Below, in pieces: positions 56,205 through 64,000 of a stretch of 64,000 nucleotides of DNA (within the stretch, counting starts at the first letter, position 1; every line of letters starts with the position of its first letter). Both the position numbers and the translations under genes were made by a program. The notes beneath the pieces were generated by a model. That model saw only the letters and a program-made list of their open reading frames with translations, was not told the DNA's origin and made no database searches. The stretch lies in NCBI GenBank assembly GCA_963844845.1, contig CAWJPW010000008.1:192257-256256 (forward strand), in the 5' to 3' direction. The DNA is from an uncultured Acidobacteriota bacterium. GTDB lineage: Bacteria; Acidobacteriota; Thermoanaerobaculia; Thermoanaerobaculales; Sulfomarinibacteraceae.

Positions 56205-56392
56205 CGTCGAGCCCCCATGTCTCGCCAGTCTTCGTCGCGAGACCGCGGAGGTGCCCATCAGCATGGTGATTCGACCAAGGAGCCGCCGCAGGCGTAGCAG
56301 CGCTACGTCGAGGACGGCGCCGCCGGGAGAAGCGCCGCGATGGCGGGTGCATCCGCGGTCGCAGCAGAAGACTGGCGAGACATGGGGGCGAC
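56205..56392 (+). repeat. Repeat family 2, copy B (complete, closed by a perfect 22-bp stem)
   Basis: CCCCCATGTCTCGCCAGTCTTC (56212-56233) is the exact reverse complement of GAAGACTGGCGAGACATGGGGG (56367-56388). Inner stem: GACCGCGGA/TCCGCGGTC. Confidence 0.85.
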
Positions 56393-56446
56393 TGGTAGAA
56401 TCCCGGGCCGACCGGGTGGTTCTCGCCACCCCGGGAGGTCCTGCCC

Positions 56447-57343
56447 ATGCCCGCGCGATCACTCCTCGACCACATCGGCAACACCCCGCTGCTGCGCCTG
56501 CAGCGAATGGTCCCCGAGAAGAGCGCCGCGGTGCTCCTCAAGATGGAGGCGTGGAATCCATCCGGTTCCCTCAAGGACCGGATCGTCAGGTACATCCTCG
56601 AGGACGCCGAGGCGTCCGGGGCACTCCGCCCGGAGCAGGTCATCACCGATGCCTCGTCGGGGAACACCGGCATCGCGCTGGCCATGGTGGCGGCGGTCAA
56701 GGGCTACCGCACGCGCATCTACATGCCGGAGACCAAGTCCATCGAGCGCCGCAAAATCATGCAGGCATGGGGCACCGAGCTGGTACTCACCACCGGGGCG
56801 GATCAGAACTCGCACATCTGGGCGGTGGAGGAGGCGGTGCGGAGCGATCCGGGGCTCTTCTACCTCAACCAGAACGGCAATTCCGGCAACTGGCGGGCCC
56901 ATTACCACGGCACCGGCGAGGAGCTCATGGCGCAGACCGGGGGGCGGCTCGACTGCTTCATCGCCGGAGTGGGGACCGGTGGCGTCCTCATGGGCGTCGG
57001 CCGACGCGTCCGCGACGCCGGCCTGACCACTCGTGTGGTCGCGGTGGAGCCGAGTGACGCACACTCGCGCATCGAGGGCCTGCTGCACTTCGACGGCACC
57101 TACGTGCCTCCGATCTGGGACGAGTCCCTGGTGGACGAGCGCCTCCCGGTCGCGGACGCCAACGCCATCGCCACCGCCCGGCGCCTGGCCCGCGAGGAGG
57201 GCATCTTCTGCGGCATCTCCACCGGCGCGACCCTCTTCGTAGCTCTCGCTGAAGCCGCCCGCCTGGGCCCGGGGCACACGGTGGTAGCTGTGGCCGGCGA
57301 CCGCGGCGAGCGCTACCTGTCGACCCCACTGGTGGAGGGCTGA
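56447..57343 (+). CDS. Cysteine synthase (O-acetylserine sulfhydrylase family, PLP-dependent)
   Basis: 298 aa, RBS GGGAGG. IGNTPLLRL, PLP-Lys NPSGSLKDR, SSGNTGIALA. Confidence 0.9.
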   Translation: MPARSLLDHIGNTPLLRLQRMVPEKSAAVLLKMEAWNPSGSLKDRIVRYILEDAEASGALRPEQVITDASSGNTGIALAMVAAVKGYRTRIYMPETKSIERRKIMQAWGTELVLTTGADQNSHIWAVEEAVRSDPGLFYLNQNGNSGNWRAHYHGTGEELMAQTGGRLDCFIAGVGTGGVLMGVGRRVRDAGLTTRVVAVEPSDAHSRIEGLLHFDGTYVPPIWDESLVDERLPVADANAIATARRLAREEGIFCGISTGATLFVALAEAARLGPGHTVVAVAGDRGERYLSTPLVEG

Positions 57344-57361
57344 AGCGGCCGCCTTTACGCC

Positions 57362-57390
57362 TTGACACACTCCGACGGGGCGCTACATAT
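57362..57390 (+). promoter_or_regulatory. Sigma-70-like promoter (TTGACA - 16/17 nt - TACATAT)
   Basis: A consensus -35 hexamer at 57362-57367 and an AT-rich -10 at 57384-57390, both rare in this GC context. Begins 19 nt after the cysteine synthase stop. Confidence 0.45.
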
Positions 57391-57396
57391 TGGTGA

Positions 57397-57511
57397 TGTC
57401 AGCTGATCGCGGGCGTTACACGGACCTGGCAGCCGCGAGAATAACTGCAAAGGTCCGGGCGGGCACACCCGCCATCACGAAATCCCGCATCCGCGGGATT
57501 TCGTATTTTTT
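57397..57511 (+). ncRNA. Candidate small RNA (about 115 nt) or 3'-UTR/leader element ending in an intrinsic terminator
   Basis: Bounded by the promoter above and the terminator at 57479-57511. Rod-like pairing: GTGATG/CATCAC, GCGGG/CCCGC, GGACCT/AGGTCC, GCAG/CTGC. Confidence 0.35.
57479..57511 (+). terminator. Rho-independent terminator
   Basis: GAAATCCCGC ATCC GCGGGATTTC followed by GTATTTTTT. Confidence 0.8.
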
Positions 57512-57675
57512 CTCGAGAAGGAGCAGGGGCTCCGCGGGGCCGGCGACCCGTCACATCGGGAGCTCCCCCAGCGGCACCAGCTCAGCGCCTTCCGAGTCAA
57601 CGCTGGGGGCGTGGATGGGCGGGGGAACCTCGTCACGTCATCACCCGAATGGCTCGTCCCTGGTACTGTGTCCCC

Positions 57676-58260
57676 ATGAGCTCCGAAGCCCACGTGCGCT
57701 GGTCGGAGGCGCGCCGGGCGGAGCGCCGGCAGCGACGCCTGAAGCGGTACCGCGCCGGGCTGCGTCCATTCGCCATCGCTGCTCACGAGATCACCAAGGA
57801 GCACAACGTCGGCTCCCTGGTCCGCACGGCCCACGCGGCGGCGGCGCGGGAGGTGCTCCTGGTGGGCGAGCGCGATTGGAACGTGGAGGCTGCGCGCACC
57901 GCCGAGCTCTACACCGAGATCGTCCAGCTGCCCGACTCCCGAGCCCTCCTGGCCCACATCGTCGACCTCGGCTACCAGCTGGTGGCGGTGGAGCTCGACG
58001 AGCGCGCGGTGAGCCTGTTCGAGACCCGCTACCCGGAGCGGCCGTGCTTCCTCATGGGCGCCGAACTGGGTGGTCTGCCGGAGGAGCTCTTGGCTGCCGC
58101 CAAGCTGGTCGTGCAGATCCCGCAGTGGGGCCTGGTGCCGTGCCTCAATCTCGCAGTCGCCGGCTCCATCGTGGTGTACGACTACCTGGCCAAGCTGCAA
58201 CGTGACGACGCCCTGGATCGGCCCAGCGGCGGCCTGCCCGAAGGGCCCTCCGAGGGGTGA
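57676..58260 (+). CDS. TrmH/SpoU-family RNA 2'-O-methyltransferase
   Basis: Trimmed to ATG 57676. HNVGSLVRTA, FLMGAELGGLP, IPQWGLVPCLNLAVAGSIVVYD. Confidence 0.8.
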   Translation: MSSEAHVRWSEARRAERRQRRLKRYRAGLRPFAIAAHEITKEHNVGSLVRTAHAAAAREVLLVGERDWNVEAARTAELYTEIVQLPDSRALLAHIVDLGYQLVAVELDERAVSLFETRYPERPCFLMGAELGGLPEELLAAAKLVVQIPQWGLVPCLNLAVAGSIVVYDYLAKLQRDDALDRPSGGLPEGPSEG

Positions 58261-58321
58261 TCCGGCTTTCTTGTCATCGACTCAAATGACTGCTAGAGTT
58301 ATGCGTCCTGAGGAGGCGATC

Positions 58322-58891
58322 ATGAGGCGAACAAACGTGCTCTTCATCGTGGTTCTGGCGTCCCTGGGCGTCCTCGCGACGGCCTGCTCGACGCGCAAGC
58401 CCGTCGCCACCGCGGCGCCCGCCGTCGCGCCGGCGCCACAGCCAACCCCCACCCCCATGGCCGAGGAACAGGTCGCTGCGCCCAGCAACGAGCCGGTGCC
58501 CTCGGTGGAGGTACATGAGGAGCTCCCGCAGGACCTCCAGGAGCTCAACCGCCGCGGCTACCTCAAGGACGTCTTCTTCGCCACCGACGAGTACGACCTC
58601 ACGGCGGAGGCGCGCGAGACCCTGGCCGCCGACGCCGACTGGCTGCGCAAGCACCCCACCGTCAGGATCCTCATCGAGGGCCATGCCGACGAGCGCAACA
58701 CCCGCGAGTACAACCTCGCCCTGGGCGAGCGCCGGGCCGCGGCCGCCCAGCACTACCTCGTCTCGCTGGGCATCGACGCCTCCCGCATCCGGACCATCAG
58801 CTACGGCGAGGAGCGGCCCTTCGCCGTGGGGCACGACGAAGCCGCGTGGCAGCTCAACCGCCGCTCGCACTTCGTCATCGTCGCCCGCTAG
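58322..58891 (+). CDS. pal: Peptidoglycan-associated lipoprotein
   Basis: ORF 58070..58891 trimmed to ATG 58322 after GAGGAGG. Lipobox LGVLATAC. OmpA-like: ILIEGHADERNTREYNLALGERRAAA...NRRSHF. Confidence 0.9.
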   Translation: MRRTNVLFIVVLASLGVLATACSTRKPVATAAPAVAPAPQPTPTPMAEEQVAAPSNEPVPSVEVHEELPQDLQELNRRGYLKDVFFATDEYDLTAEARETLAADADWLRKHPTVRILIEGHADERNTREYNLALGERRAAAAQHYLVSLGIDASRIRTISYGEERPFAVGHDEAAWQLNRRSHFVIVAR

Positions 58892-58900
58892 GAGGCCGCC

Positions 58901-59755
58901 GTGCGCGCCTGGCTCCCTCTCGTCCTCATCCTGCCCCTGGCCGCCTGTACCACCCAGGAGGACATGGCACTCCTGCACCGGGAGATCACCGACGTCCAGC
59001 GCCAGGTCCAGCAGATGCAACAGCAAACCCTCGACAAGTCCGACCTGGCATCGATGAACCAGCGGCTCCAGGAGCAGACCGACAAGACCCTGCGCTCCAA
59101 CGCCGACCTGGGCCTCCGGGTGGACAAGCTCCAGGAGCAGATCGAGGCGCTCCACGCCAGCCTCGAGCTGACCACCCGCCAGCTTTCGAGCATCGCCCAG
59201 GAGCTGGCCGCGGCGCGTGCGGGCATAGCTGGCCGGCCGACGCTGCCACCGGTGACGGTAGCGCCCAACCCCGGCGCCGCGCCGGGGTCGTCCCCCGGCA
59301 ACGCAGCCGCTCCCCAGCCCGGCGAAGGCGAGGGCGCCACAGCAGCGTCACCCGGCACCGAGACCTCGAGCACACCGGAGGAGCTCTACCGCAGCGCCTA
59401 CGAGGACTACATGCGCGGCAACTACGACCTCGCCGCCCAGGGCTTTGCGGAGTACCTCCGCCGTTTCCCCGGAAGCGACCTCGCCGACAACGCCCAGTAC
59501 TGGATCGGCGAGTGTTATGATGCGCAGGACAAGGAGCAGGAGGCCCTCGAGGCCTTCTCGCAGGTTTTGGAGAAGTACCCCGCCAGCGACAAGGCGGCGG
59601 CTGCCCAGCTCAAAAAGGGGCTGGTCTACCTGAAGATGGGGGACCAGGGGCAGGCCGTGGTCAATCTTCAGTACGTGGTCTACGAGCACCCCGGCACCAA
59701 GGAGGCCGACCTCGCCCGCGAAAAGCTGAAGTCGCTGGGCATCACCATCCGCTAG
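58901..59755 (+). CDS. cpoB: Tol-Pal system protein YbgF/CpoB
   Basis: 284 aa, GTG start. Lipoprotein-like signal LPLAAC, N-terminal coiled coil (QRQVQQMQQQ...), C-terminal TPR part (YRSAYEDYMRGNYDLAAQGFAEYLRRFPGSDLADNAQYWIGECY). Confidence 0.85.
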   Translation: MRAWLPLVLILPLAACTTQEDMALLHREITDVQRQVQQMQQQTLDKSDLASMNQRLQEQTDKTLRSNADLGLRVDKLQEQIEALHASLELTTRQLSSIAQELAAARAGIAGRPTLPPVTVAPNPGAAPGSSPGNAAAPQPGEGEGATAASPGTETSSTPEELYRSAYEDYMRGNYDLAAQGFAEYLRRFPGSDLADNAQYWIGECYDAQDKEQEALEAFSQVLEKYPASDKAAAAQLKKGLVYLKMGDQGQAVVNLQYVVYEHPGTKEADLAREKLKSLGITIR

Positions 59756-59807
59756 GAAAGGCCCCAAAGGGGCGCTTGACCTGGACGAGCCAAGGAGACC
59801 GGAGAGT

Positions 59808-60098
59808 ATGGCGACGATCAAGGGAACCAAGAAGCAGGCGCGCAAGCGGCACCGGCAGTCGCTGGAGCGTCGGATGCGCAACAAGGCGGTGCGCACCCGC
59901 GTGCGCAGCCAGATCCGCAGGATGCGCGAGGCCATCGCCGCCGGCGACGCCGAGCAGGTGAAGCAGCTGCTGCCCGAGACCATGTCGGTCATCGACGTGG
60001 GCTGGCGCAAGGGCGTGATCCACCGCAACACCGCGTCGCGCTACAAGGCGCGCGTCACGCGTCAGGCCCAGGCGGTTCTGGCGGCCAAGGACGCGTAG
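59808..60098 (+). CDS. rpsT: 30S ribosomal protein S20
   Basis: 96 aa. MATIKGTKKQARKRHRQSLERRMRNKAVRTRVRS...IHRNTASRYKARV. Confidence 0.9.
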   Translation: MATIKGTKKQARKRHRQSLERRMRNKAVRTRVRSQIRRMREAIAAGDAEQVKQLLPETMSVIDVGWRKGVIHRNTASRYKARVTRQAQAVLAAKDA

Positions 60099-60102
60099 AG
60101 TC

Positions 60103-61011
60103 ATGGCTGGCGCGCTGCTCACCACCTCCATCGAGCAGGGGCGGCTGGTGAGCCGCGGCAAGGTTCGCGACATCTACGCGACCGACGACGCGCTGATCCT
60201 GGTCGCCACCGACCGGATCAGCGCGTTCGACTGCGTGCTTTCACCAGGCGTCCCCGGCCGAGGCGTGATCCTCACCCAGCTGTCCAACTTCTGGTTCCGG
60301 CGATTCGCGGCGAGCGTGCCCAACCATCTTCTCGCCACCCGCTTGGAGGACTTCCCCGAGCCGTTTCGCTCGCACCCGGAGCTCGCCGGACGAAGCGTGC
60401 TGGCCCAACGCCTGGAGCCGATCCCGGTGGAGTGTGTGGCACGGGGCTACCTGGCGGGATCTGGCTGGAAGGAATACCTGGCGTCGGGCCGGGTGTGCGG
60501 CATCCCGCTCCCTGCGGACCTCCGCGAGTCCGACCGCCTTCCCGAGCCCATCTTCACCCCGGCCACCAAGGCCACGACCGGTCACGACGAGAACATCGCC
60601 TTCGACCGGATGGTGGAGATCGTCGGCAGCGACACCGCCGAGGCCCTGCGGAGTCTGACCCTGCGCCTGTATCGCGAGGCCGCCGAGTACGCCGCCGAGC
60701 GCGGCATCCTCATCGCCGACACCAAGTTCGAGTTCGGCTTCGACCGCTCGCGCCGGATCGTGTGGATGGACGAGGCCCTCACCCCGGACTCCTCTCGTTT
60801 CTGGCCGGCGGACGCCTACCAACCGGGGCGCTCCCAGCCCTCGTTTGACAAGCAGTTCGTCCGCGACTGGCTTGAGGAGAGCGACTGGGACAAGACCCCA
60901 CCGGCGCCCCATCTCCCCGATGAGGTGGTAGACGGAACCCTCGATCGGTACCGGCAGGCATACCGGCTGCTCACCGGCGAGGACGTCGAGGCGGCGCCTC
61001 CAGCGAGCTGA
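60103..61011 (+). CDS. purC: Phosphoribosylaminoimidazole-succinocarboxamide synthase
   Basis: 302 aa. GKVRDIY, ATDRISAFD, IADTKFEFG. Confidence 0.9.
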   Translation: MAGALLTTSIEQGRLVSRGKVRDIYATDDALILVATDRISAFDCVLSPGVPGRGVILTQLSNFWFRRFAASVPNHLLATRLEDFPEPFRSHPELAGRSVLAQRLEPIPVECVARGYLAGSGWKEYLASGRVCGIPLPADLRESDRLPEPIFTPATKATTGHDENIAFDRMVEIVGSDTAEALRSLTLRLYREAAEYAAERGILIADTKFEFGFDRSRRIVWMDEALTPDSSRFWPADAYQPGRSQPSFDKQFVRDWLEESDWDKTPPAPHLPDEVVDGTLDRYRQAYRLLTGEDVEAAPPAS

Positions 61012-61038
61012 TTCCATTCTTTCGGAGGAGCGAGGAGC

Positions 61039-63123
61039 ATGACGATTCCCACCGCGAACCTGCGTAACGTGGCCCTCATCGGCCACTCCGACACCGGCAA
61101 GACCAGCCTGGTGTCGGCGCTTCTCTTCGACAGCGGCACTTTGAACCGCTTCGCCAAGGTCGACGACGGTCACGCCGTCACCGACTTCGACGAGGACGAG
61201 GTGGAGCGCAAGATCACCATCAACACCGCGCTCGCCCACTTCGAGCACCGCGGCGTCAAGGTCAACCTCATCGACACCCCCGGTTACAGCATCTTCACCA
61301 CCGACGCCGTCCAAGGGCTGCGGGTGGCCGACACCGCGCTCATGATGGTGTCGGCGGTGTCCGGCATCGAGGTGCAGACGGAGAAGCTGTGGCGGGTGGC
61401 GGCCGACAACGGCCTGCCCTGCCTCGTCGGCGTCAACCTCATGGACCGCGACCGCGCGTCCTTCCAGCGTACCGTCGATGCGCTGCAGAAGAAGTTTGGG
61501 CGCGAGGTCATCGCGCTGCAGCTGCCCATCGGCGAGGAGAGCAGCTTCACGGGCGTGGTCGATCTCGTGAGCGGCACGGCCACGACCTGGCCCCACGACG
61601 AGAGCGGCACCGCGACGCAGGGTGAGATCCCGGCCGACATGGCCGACGCCGTGTCCGCCGCCCGCGAAGCCCTCATGGAGATGGTGGCCGAGCAGGACGA
61701 GCAGCTCATGGAGGCATACCTCGAGGCCGGCGAGCTGGAGGGCGAGAGCTTCCGCAAGGGCCTTGCGAAGGCCATCCGCAGCCGTGGCCTGTTCCCGGTG
61801 TTCGCCCTGGCGGCGGGCAAGAACATGGCGGTGCAACCCCTCATGGACGCCTTCGTCGACCTGGTGCCCGCCCCCGACTGGCGGCCGGTGCCCGTACGTA
61901 CCCCCGCCGGTGAGGAGCTCGAGCTGGACGTGGCCGACGGCGAGCCGCTGGCGGCCTACGTCTTCAAGACCTTCTCGGACCCCTACGCCGGACGCATCTC
62001 GCTGATGCGCCTGTTCACCGGCGCCCTCACCCCGGATGCCTCGGCCGTCAACCCCGAACGCGATGTCACCGAGCGCTTCGGCGGTCTCTCGGTGATGCAG
62101 GGGAAGGAGCTCCAGCAGGTCGAAGGTCTGGCGGCAGGCGACCTGGCGGCGGTGCCCAAGCTCAAGGAGACGCATACCGGCGACAGCCTCGCCGCGGCCA
62201 ACCGCCTGGTGATCGTCCCCGCCGCGCACATCCCCGAGCCAGCCATCAGCTTCGCCTTGGAGCCCAAGTCCAAGGGCGACGAGGACAAGCTCTTCTCGGC
62301 CCTGGCACGGATCCGGGACGAAGACCCCACCATCTCGGTGGGCCGCGATCCCCAGACCCACGAGCTGCTCATCTCGGGCGCCGGCCAGCTCCACGTGGAG
62401 GTGGTGGTGGGCCGCCTCAAGAAGCGCTACAAGGTCGACGTGGTGCTGCACCAGCCCAAGGTGCCCTACCGCGAGACCCTCACCGCCACCGCGGAGGCCA
62501 CCGCCCGCCACAAGAAGCAGACCGGTGGCCACGGCCAGTTCGCAGAGTGCAAGATCCGCCTCGAGCCGCAGGCACGCGGCGAAGGCTACGAGTTCCTGGA
62601 CAAGATCTTCGGCGGCTCCATCTCGCAAGGCTACCGGCCGGCGGTGGACAAGGGTATCCAGGAGGCCGCGGCGCGTGGCTTCCTCGCCGGGTACCCGGTG
62701 GTGGACTTCAAGGTCGTGCTCCTGGATGGTAAGGAGCACCCGGTGGACTCTTCGGAGATGGCCTTCAAGATCGCCGGCCGCAAGGCCTTCCGCGAGTGCA
62801 TGAAGAACGCTCGTCCGACCATGCTCGAGCCGATCATGCGGGTGGACGTCTATACCCCGGACGAGTTCATGGGCGACGTCATGGGCGACCTCAACTCCCG
62901 CCGCGGCCGCGTGCAGGGAATGGACACGGAGGAGGGAACCACCACCATCCGCTCCCTGGTGCCGCTGGCCGAGGTGCTCACCTACGCTCCCACCCTGCGC
63001 TCCATCACCGGCGGCCGCGCCGACTACCACATGGAAGCCTCGCACTATGACGAGGTTCCCAAGCAGCTCCAGGAGAAGATCATCGCCGCCTCGAAGCTCG
63101 AAGAGGAAGAAGAGGACGAGTAG
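61039..63123 (+). CDS. fusA: Elongation factor G family GTPase
   Basis: 694 aa. G1 GHSDTGKTS, G3 DTPGY, NLMD. Domain IV/V motifs: HKKQTGGHGQF, GRADYHMEASHYDEVP. May be an EF-G paralogue. Confidence 0.85.
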   Translation: MTIPTANLRNVALIGHSDTGKTSLVSALLFDSGTLNRFAKVDDGHAVTDFDEDEVERKITINTALAHFEHRGVKVNLIDTPGYSIFTTDAVQGLRVADTALMMVSAVSGIEVQTEKLWRVAADNGLPCLVGVNLMDRDRASFQRTVDALQKKFGREVIALQLPIGEESSFTGVVDLVSGTATTWPHDESGTATQGEIPADMADAVSAAREALMEMVAEQDEQLMEAYLEAGELEGESFRKGLAKAIRSRGLFPVFALAAGKNMAVQPLMDAFVDLVPAPDWRPVPVRTPAGEELELDVADGEPLAAYVFKTFSDPYAGRISLMRLFTGALTPDASAVNPERDVTERFGGLSVMQGKELQQVEGLAAGDLAAVPKLKETHTGDSLAAANRLVIVPAAHIPEPAISFALEPKSKGDEDKLFSALARIRDEDPTISVGRDPQTHELLISGAGQLHVEVVVGRLKKRYKVDVVLHQPKVPYRETLTATAEATARHKKQTGGHGQFAECKIRLEPQARGEGYEFLDKIFGGSISQGYRPAVDKGIQEAAARGFLAGYPVVDFKVVLLDGKEHPVDSSEMAFKIAGRKAFRECMKNARPTMLEPIMRVDVYTPDEFMGDVMGDLNSRRGRVQGMDTEEGTTTIRSLVPLAEVLTYAPTLRSITGGRADYHMEASHYDEVPKQLQEKIIAASKLEEEEEDE

Positions 63124-63164
63124 CTCCTGCCGCGAGCACGACCGCAGAGCGAAGAGACGCAAGA

Positions 63165-63193
63165 GGGCCCGGCGCAACGCGCCGGGCCCTTTT
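63165..63193 (+). terminator. Rho-independent terminator of the EF-G gene
   Basis: GGGCCCGGCGC AAC GCGCCGGGCCC followed by TTTT. Confidence 0.8.
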
Positions 63194-63247
63194 CAGCTCG
63201 TGCGGCGGACCGTTGAGGAAGGACGGAGCCCGAGGCCGGCTGCCCCT

Positions 63248-63575
63248 CCGGTCCCGGTCCCGGTCACGGTCACGGCCGCGGCCACCGCCCCGGTTGCTGA
63301 TGCTCCCGACACCGGCTCCCGGGCGGCACAGCCGCCGGGCGGCGCGGTCTCGGGGGCGGCAGCGGCACCGGCTGGGAGACGGCAGCGAGGCCGCCCCCGG
63401 GCCCCGGCGCCGAGTCGCCTGCGTCGTCGTTCGAGGGCACTAATCCGAGCGGAGTACCCGCGGATTGCCACCCATGGCATTTCCCGCAGGGGCGCTTCGA
63501 GTGAGAAGACGTTCCCGGGAAGATGCCATGGGTGGCACGTCCCGCCGAGGGAGACCTGCTCCGGGGCGGCCTCGG
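63248..63575 (+). repeat. Repeat family 1, copy 3 (core about 63297-63570)
   Basis: Aligns with copies 1 and 2. 5' flank is a hexamer run: CCGGTCCCGGTCCCGGTCACGGTCACGG. Hairpin CATGGCATTTCCCG/CGGGAA(G)ATGCCATG carries two compensatory pair changes relative to copy 1. Confidence 0.8.
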
Positions 63576-63593
63576 CCTCCTGTCTCCTCCCAT

Positions 63594-63735
63594 CTCACAA
63601 GCCCGCGGGTCTCGGTGATCTTCGTCGCGAGACCGCGGAGGCGCCGGTCAGCGTGGTGATCCGACCAAGGCGGAACCGGAGGCGTAGCCCAGCTACGTCG
63701 CAGGCAGCGCCGCCGGGAGAAGCGCCACAATGGCC
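63594..63735 (+). repeat. Repeat family 2, copy C (3'-truncated or diverged)
   Basis: Shares GGGTCTCGGTGATCTTCGTCGCGAGACCGCGGAGG...GGTGATCCGACCAAGG...GCCGCCGGGAGAAGCGCC, then loses similarity. Confidence 0.7.
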
Positions 63736-63825
63736 TCCTCCGCCCCCGGCATCGCCCTCACAGGAAGGACCGGCGTCCTCCGAGTCCCCGGACCACCTCC
63801 CTCGTCCCCCTCCTCCTCTCCCCCC

Positions 63826-64000
63826 GGTTCCCAAGCCCGCGGGTCTCGCCGGGCTTCGTCGCGAGACCGCAGAGCCGCCTGTCAGGGTGGTGATTCGACC
63901 AAGGCTGCGCCGAGGCGTAGCCCAGCTACGTCGCAGGCGCAGCCGCCGGGAGAAGCGCCGCCCTGACTGGTGGATCTGCGGTCGCAGCAGACGACCGGCG
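63826..64000 (+). repeat. Repeat family 2, copy D (runs off the window end)
   Basis: The inner stem has a compensatory change (GACCGCAGA/TCTGCGGTC versus GACCGCGGA/TCCGCGGTC in copy B). The closing stem is only partly visible before the window ends. Confidence 0.75.

Noticed and set aside
56240-56360. Peptide-like conservation across family 2 copies (e.g. VVIRxR...PPGxAPRWxVHPR in one frame, DHHADRHLRGLATK on the other strand).
   Set aside because: There is no start/RBS context, the copies are truncated at different points, and the variation follows base-pairing rather than codon position.
57397-57478. Candidate small RNA as the SRP (4.5S) RNA.
   Set aside because: It contains GCAGCC and AGGUCCGG strings, but in the opposite order to helix 8 of bacterial SRP RNA. 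It also lacks the GGAA/GNAR tetraloop arrangement.
59760-59775. Short hairpin GGCCCC-AAA-GGGGC after cpoB as a terminator.
   Set aside because: The stem is only 5 bp with no U-tract, and it overlaps a possible rpsT -35 (CTTGAC). This is too weak to call.
63594-64000. Tandem family 2 copies as a possible CRISPR array.
   Set aside because: The units are about 140-175 nt with about 230-nt periodicity, only two are present, they are internally structured, and no cas genes are in the window.

Overview
High-GC (about 70%+) bacterial chromosomal window, densely coding, with no rRNA, tRNA, CRISPR array, transposase or integrase that I can see. Tol-Pal genes indicate a Gram-negative; the taxon is unknown, though the gene content would fit Acidobacteriota or Myxococcota. 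I call 47 CDSs. Because of the GC content, most long ORFs in the six-frame track are antisense shadows or 5' over-extensions, so I trimmed starts to signal peptides, RBSs or gene junctions.

Gene content:
- Minus-strand operon of secreted redox/propeller proteins (1-7373).
- Nitrilase-family hydrolase, MMPL/RND exporter and an IPTL-CTERM protein.
- TPR-CHAT protein, and an ECF sigma/anti-sigma pair.
- eda, a DDAH-like enzyme and an SSF symporter.
- S8 protease plus a small polysaccharide cluster (two GT2, one GT4, a flippase).
- czcD, an ASST-like lipoprotein and a sulfatase-fold protein.
- A beta-oxidation cluster with a divergent GntR regulator.
- Two Ser/Thr kinases.
- Housekeeping genes: nadE, plsC, cysteine synthase, trmH-like, pal, cpoB, rpsT, purC, fusA-like.

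The most unusual signal is non-coding. Two unrelated families of interspersed intergenic repeats keep their hairpins through compensatory base changes while breaking every reading frame:
- Family 1: core about 270-290 nt, three copies plus a fragment.
- Family 2: about 175 nt, four copies.
- One copy of family 1 and two of family 2 are concatenated at the right edge of the window.

Other leads:
- A promoter-to-terminator small-RNA candidate after cysteine synthase.
- A terminator/anti-SD leader upstream of nadE.
- An AT-rich GATTCAAAGAT motif system inside the fad cluster.

All functional calls rest on motifs I recognise by eye. No database search or RNA folding was run.
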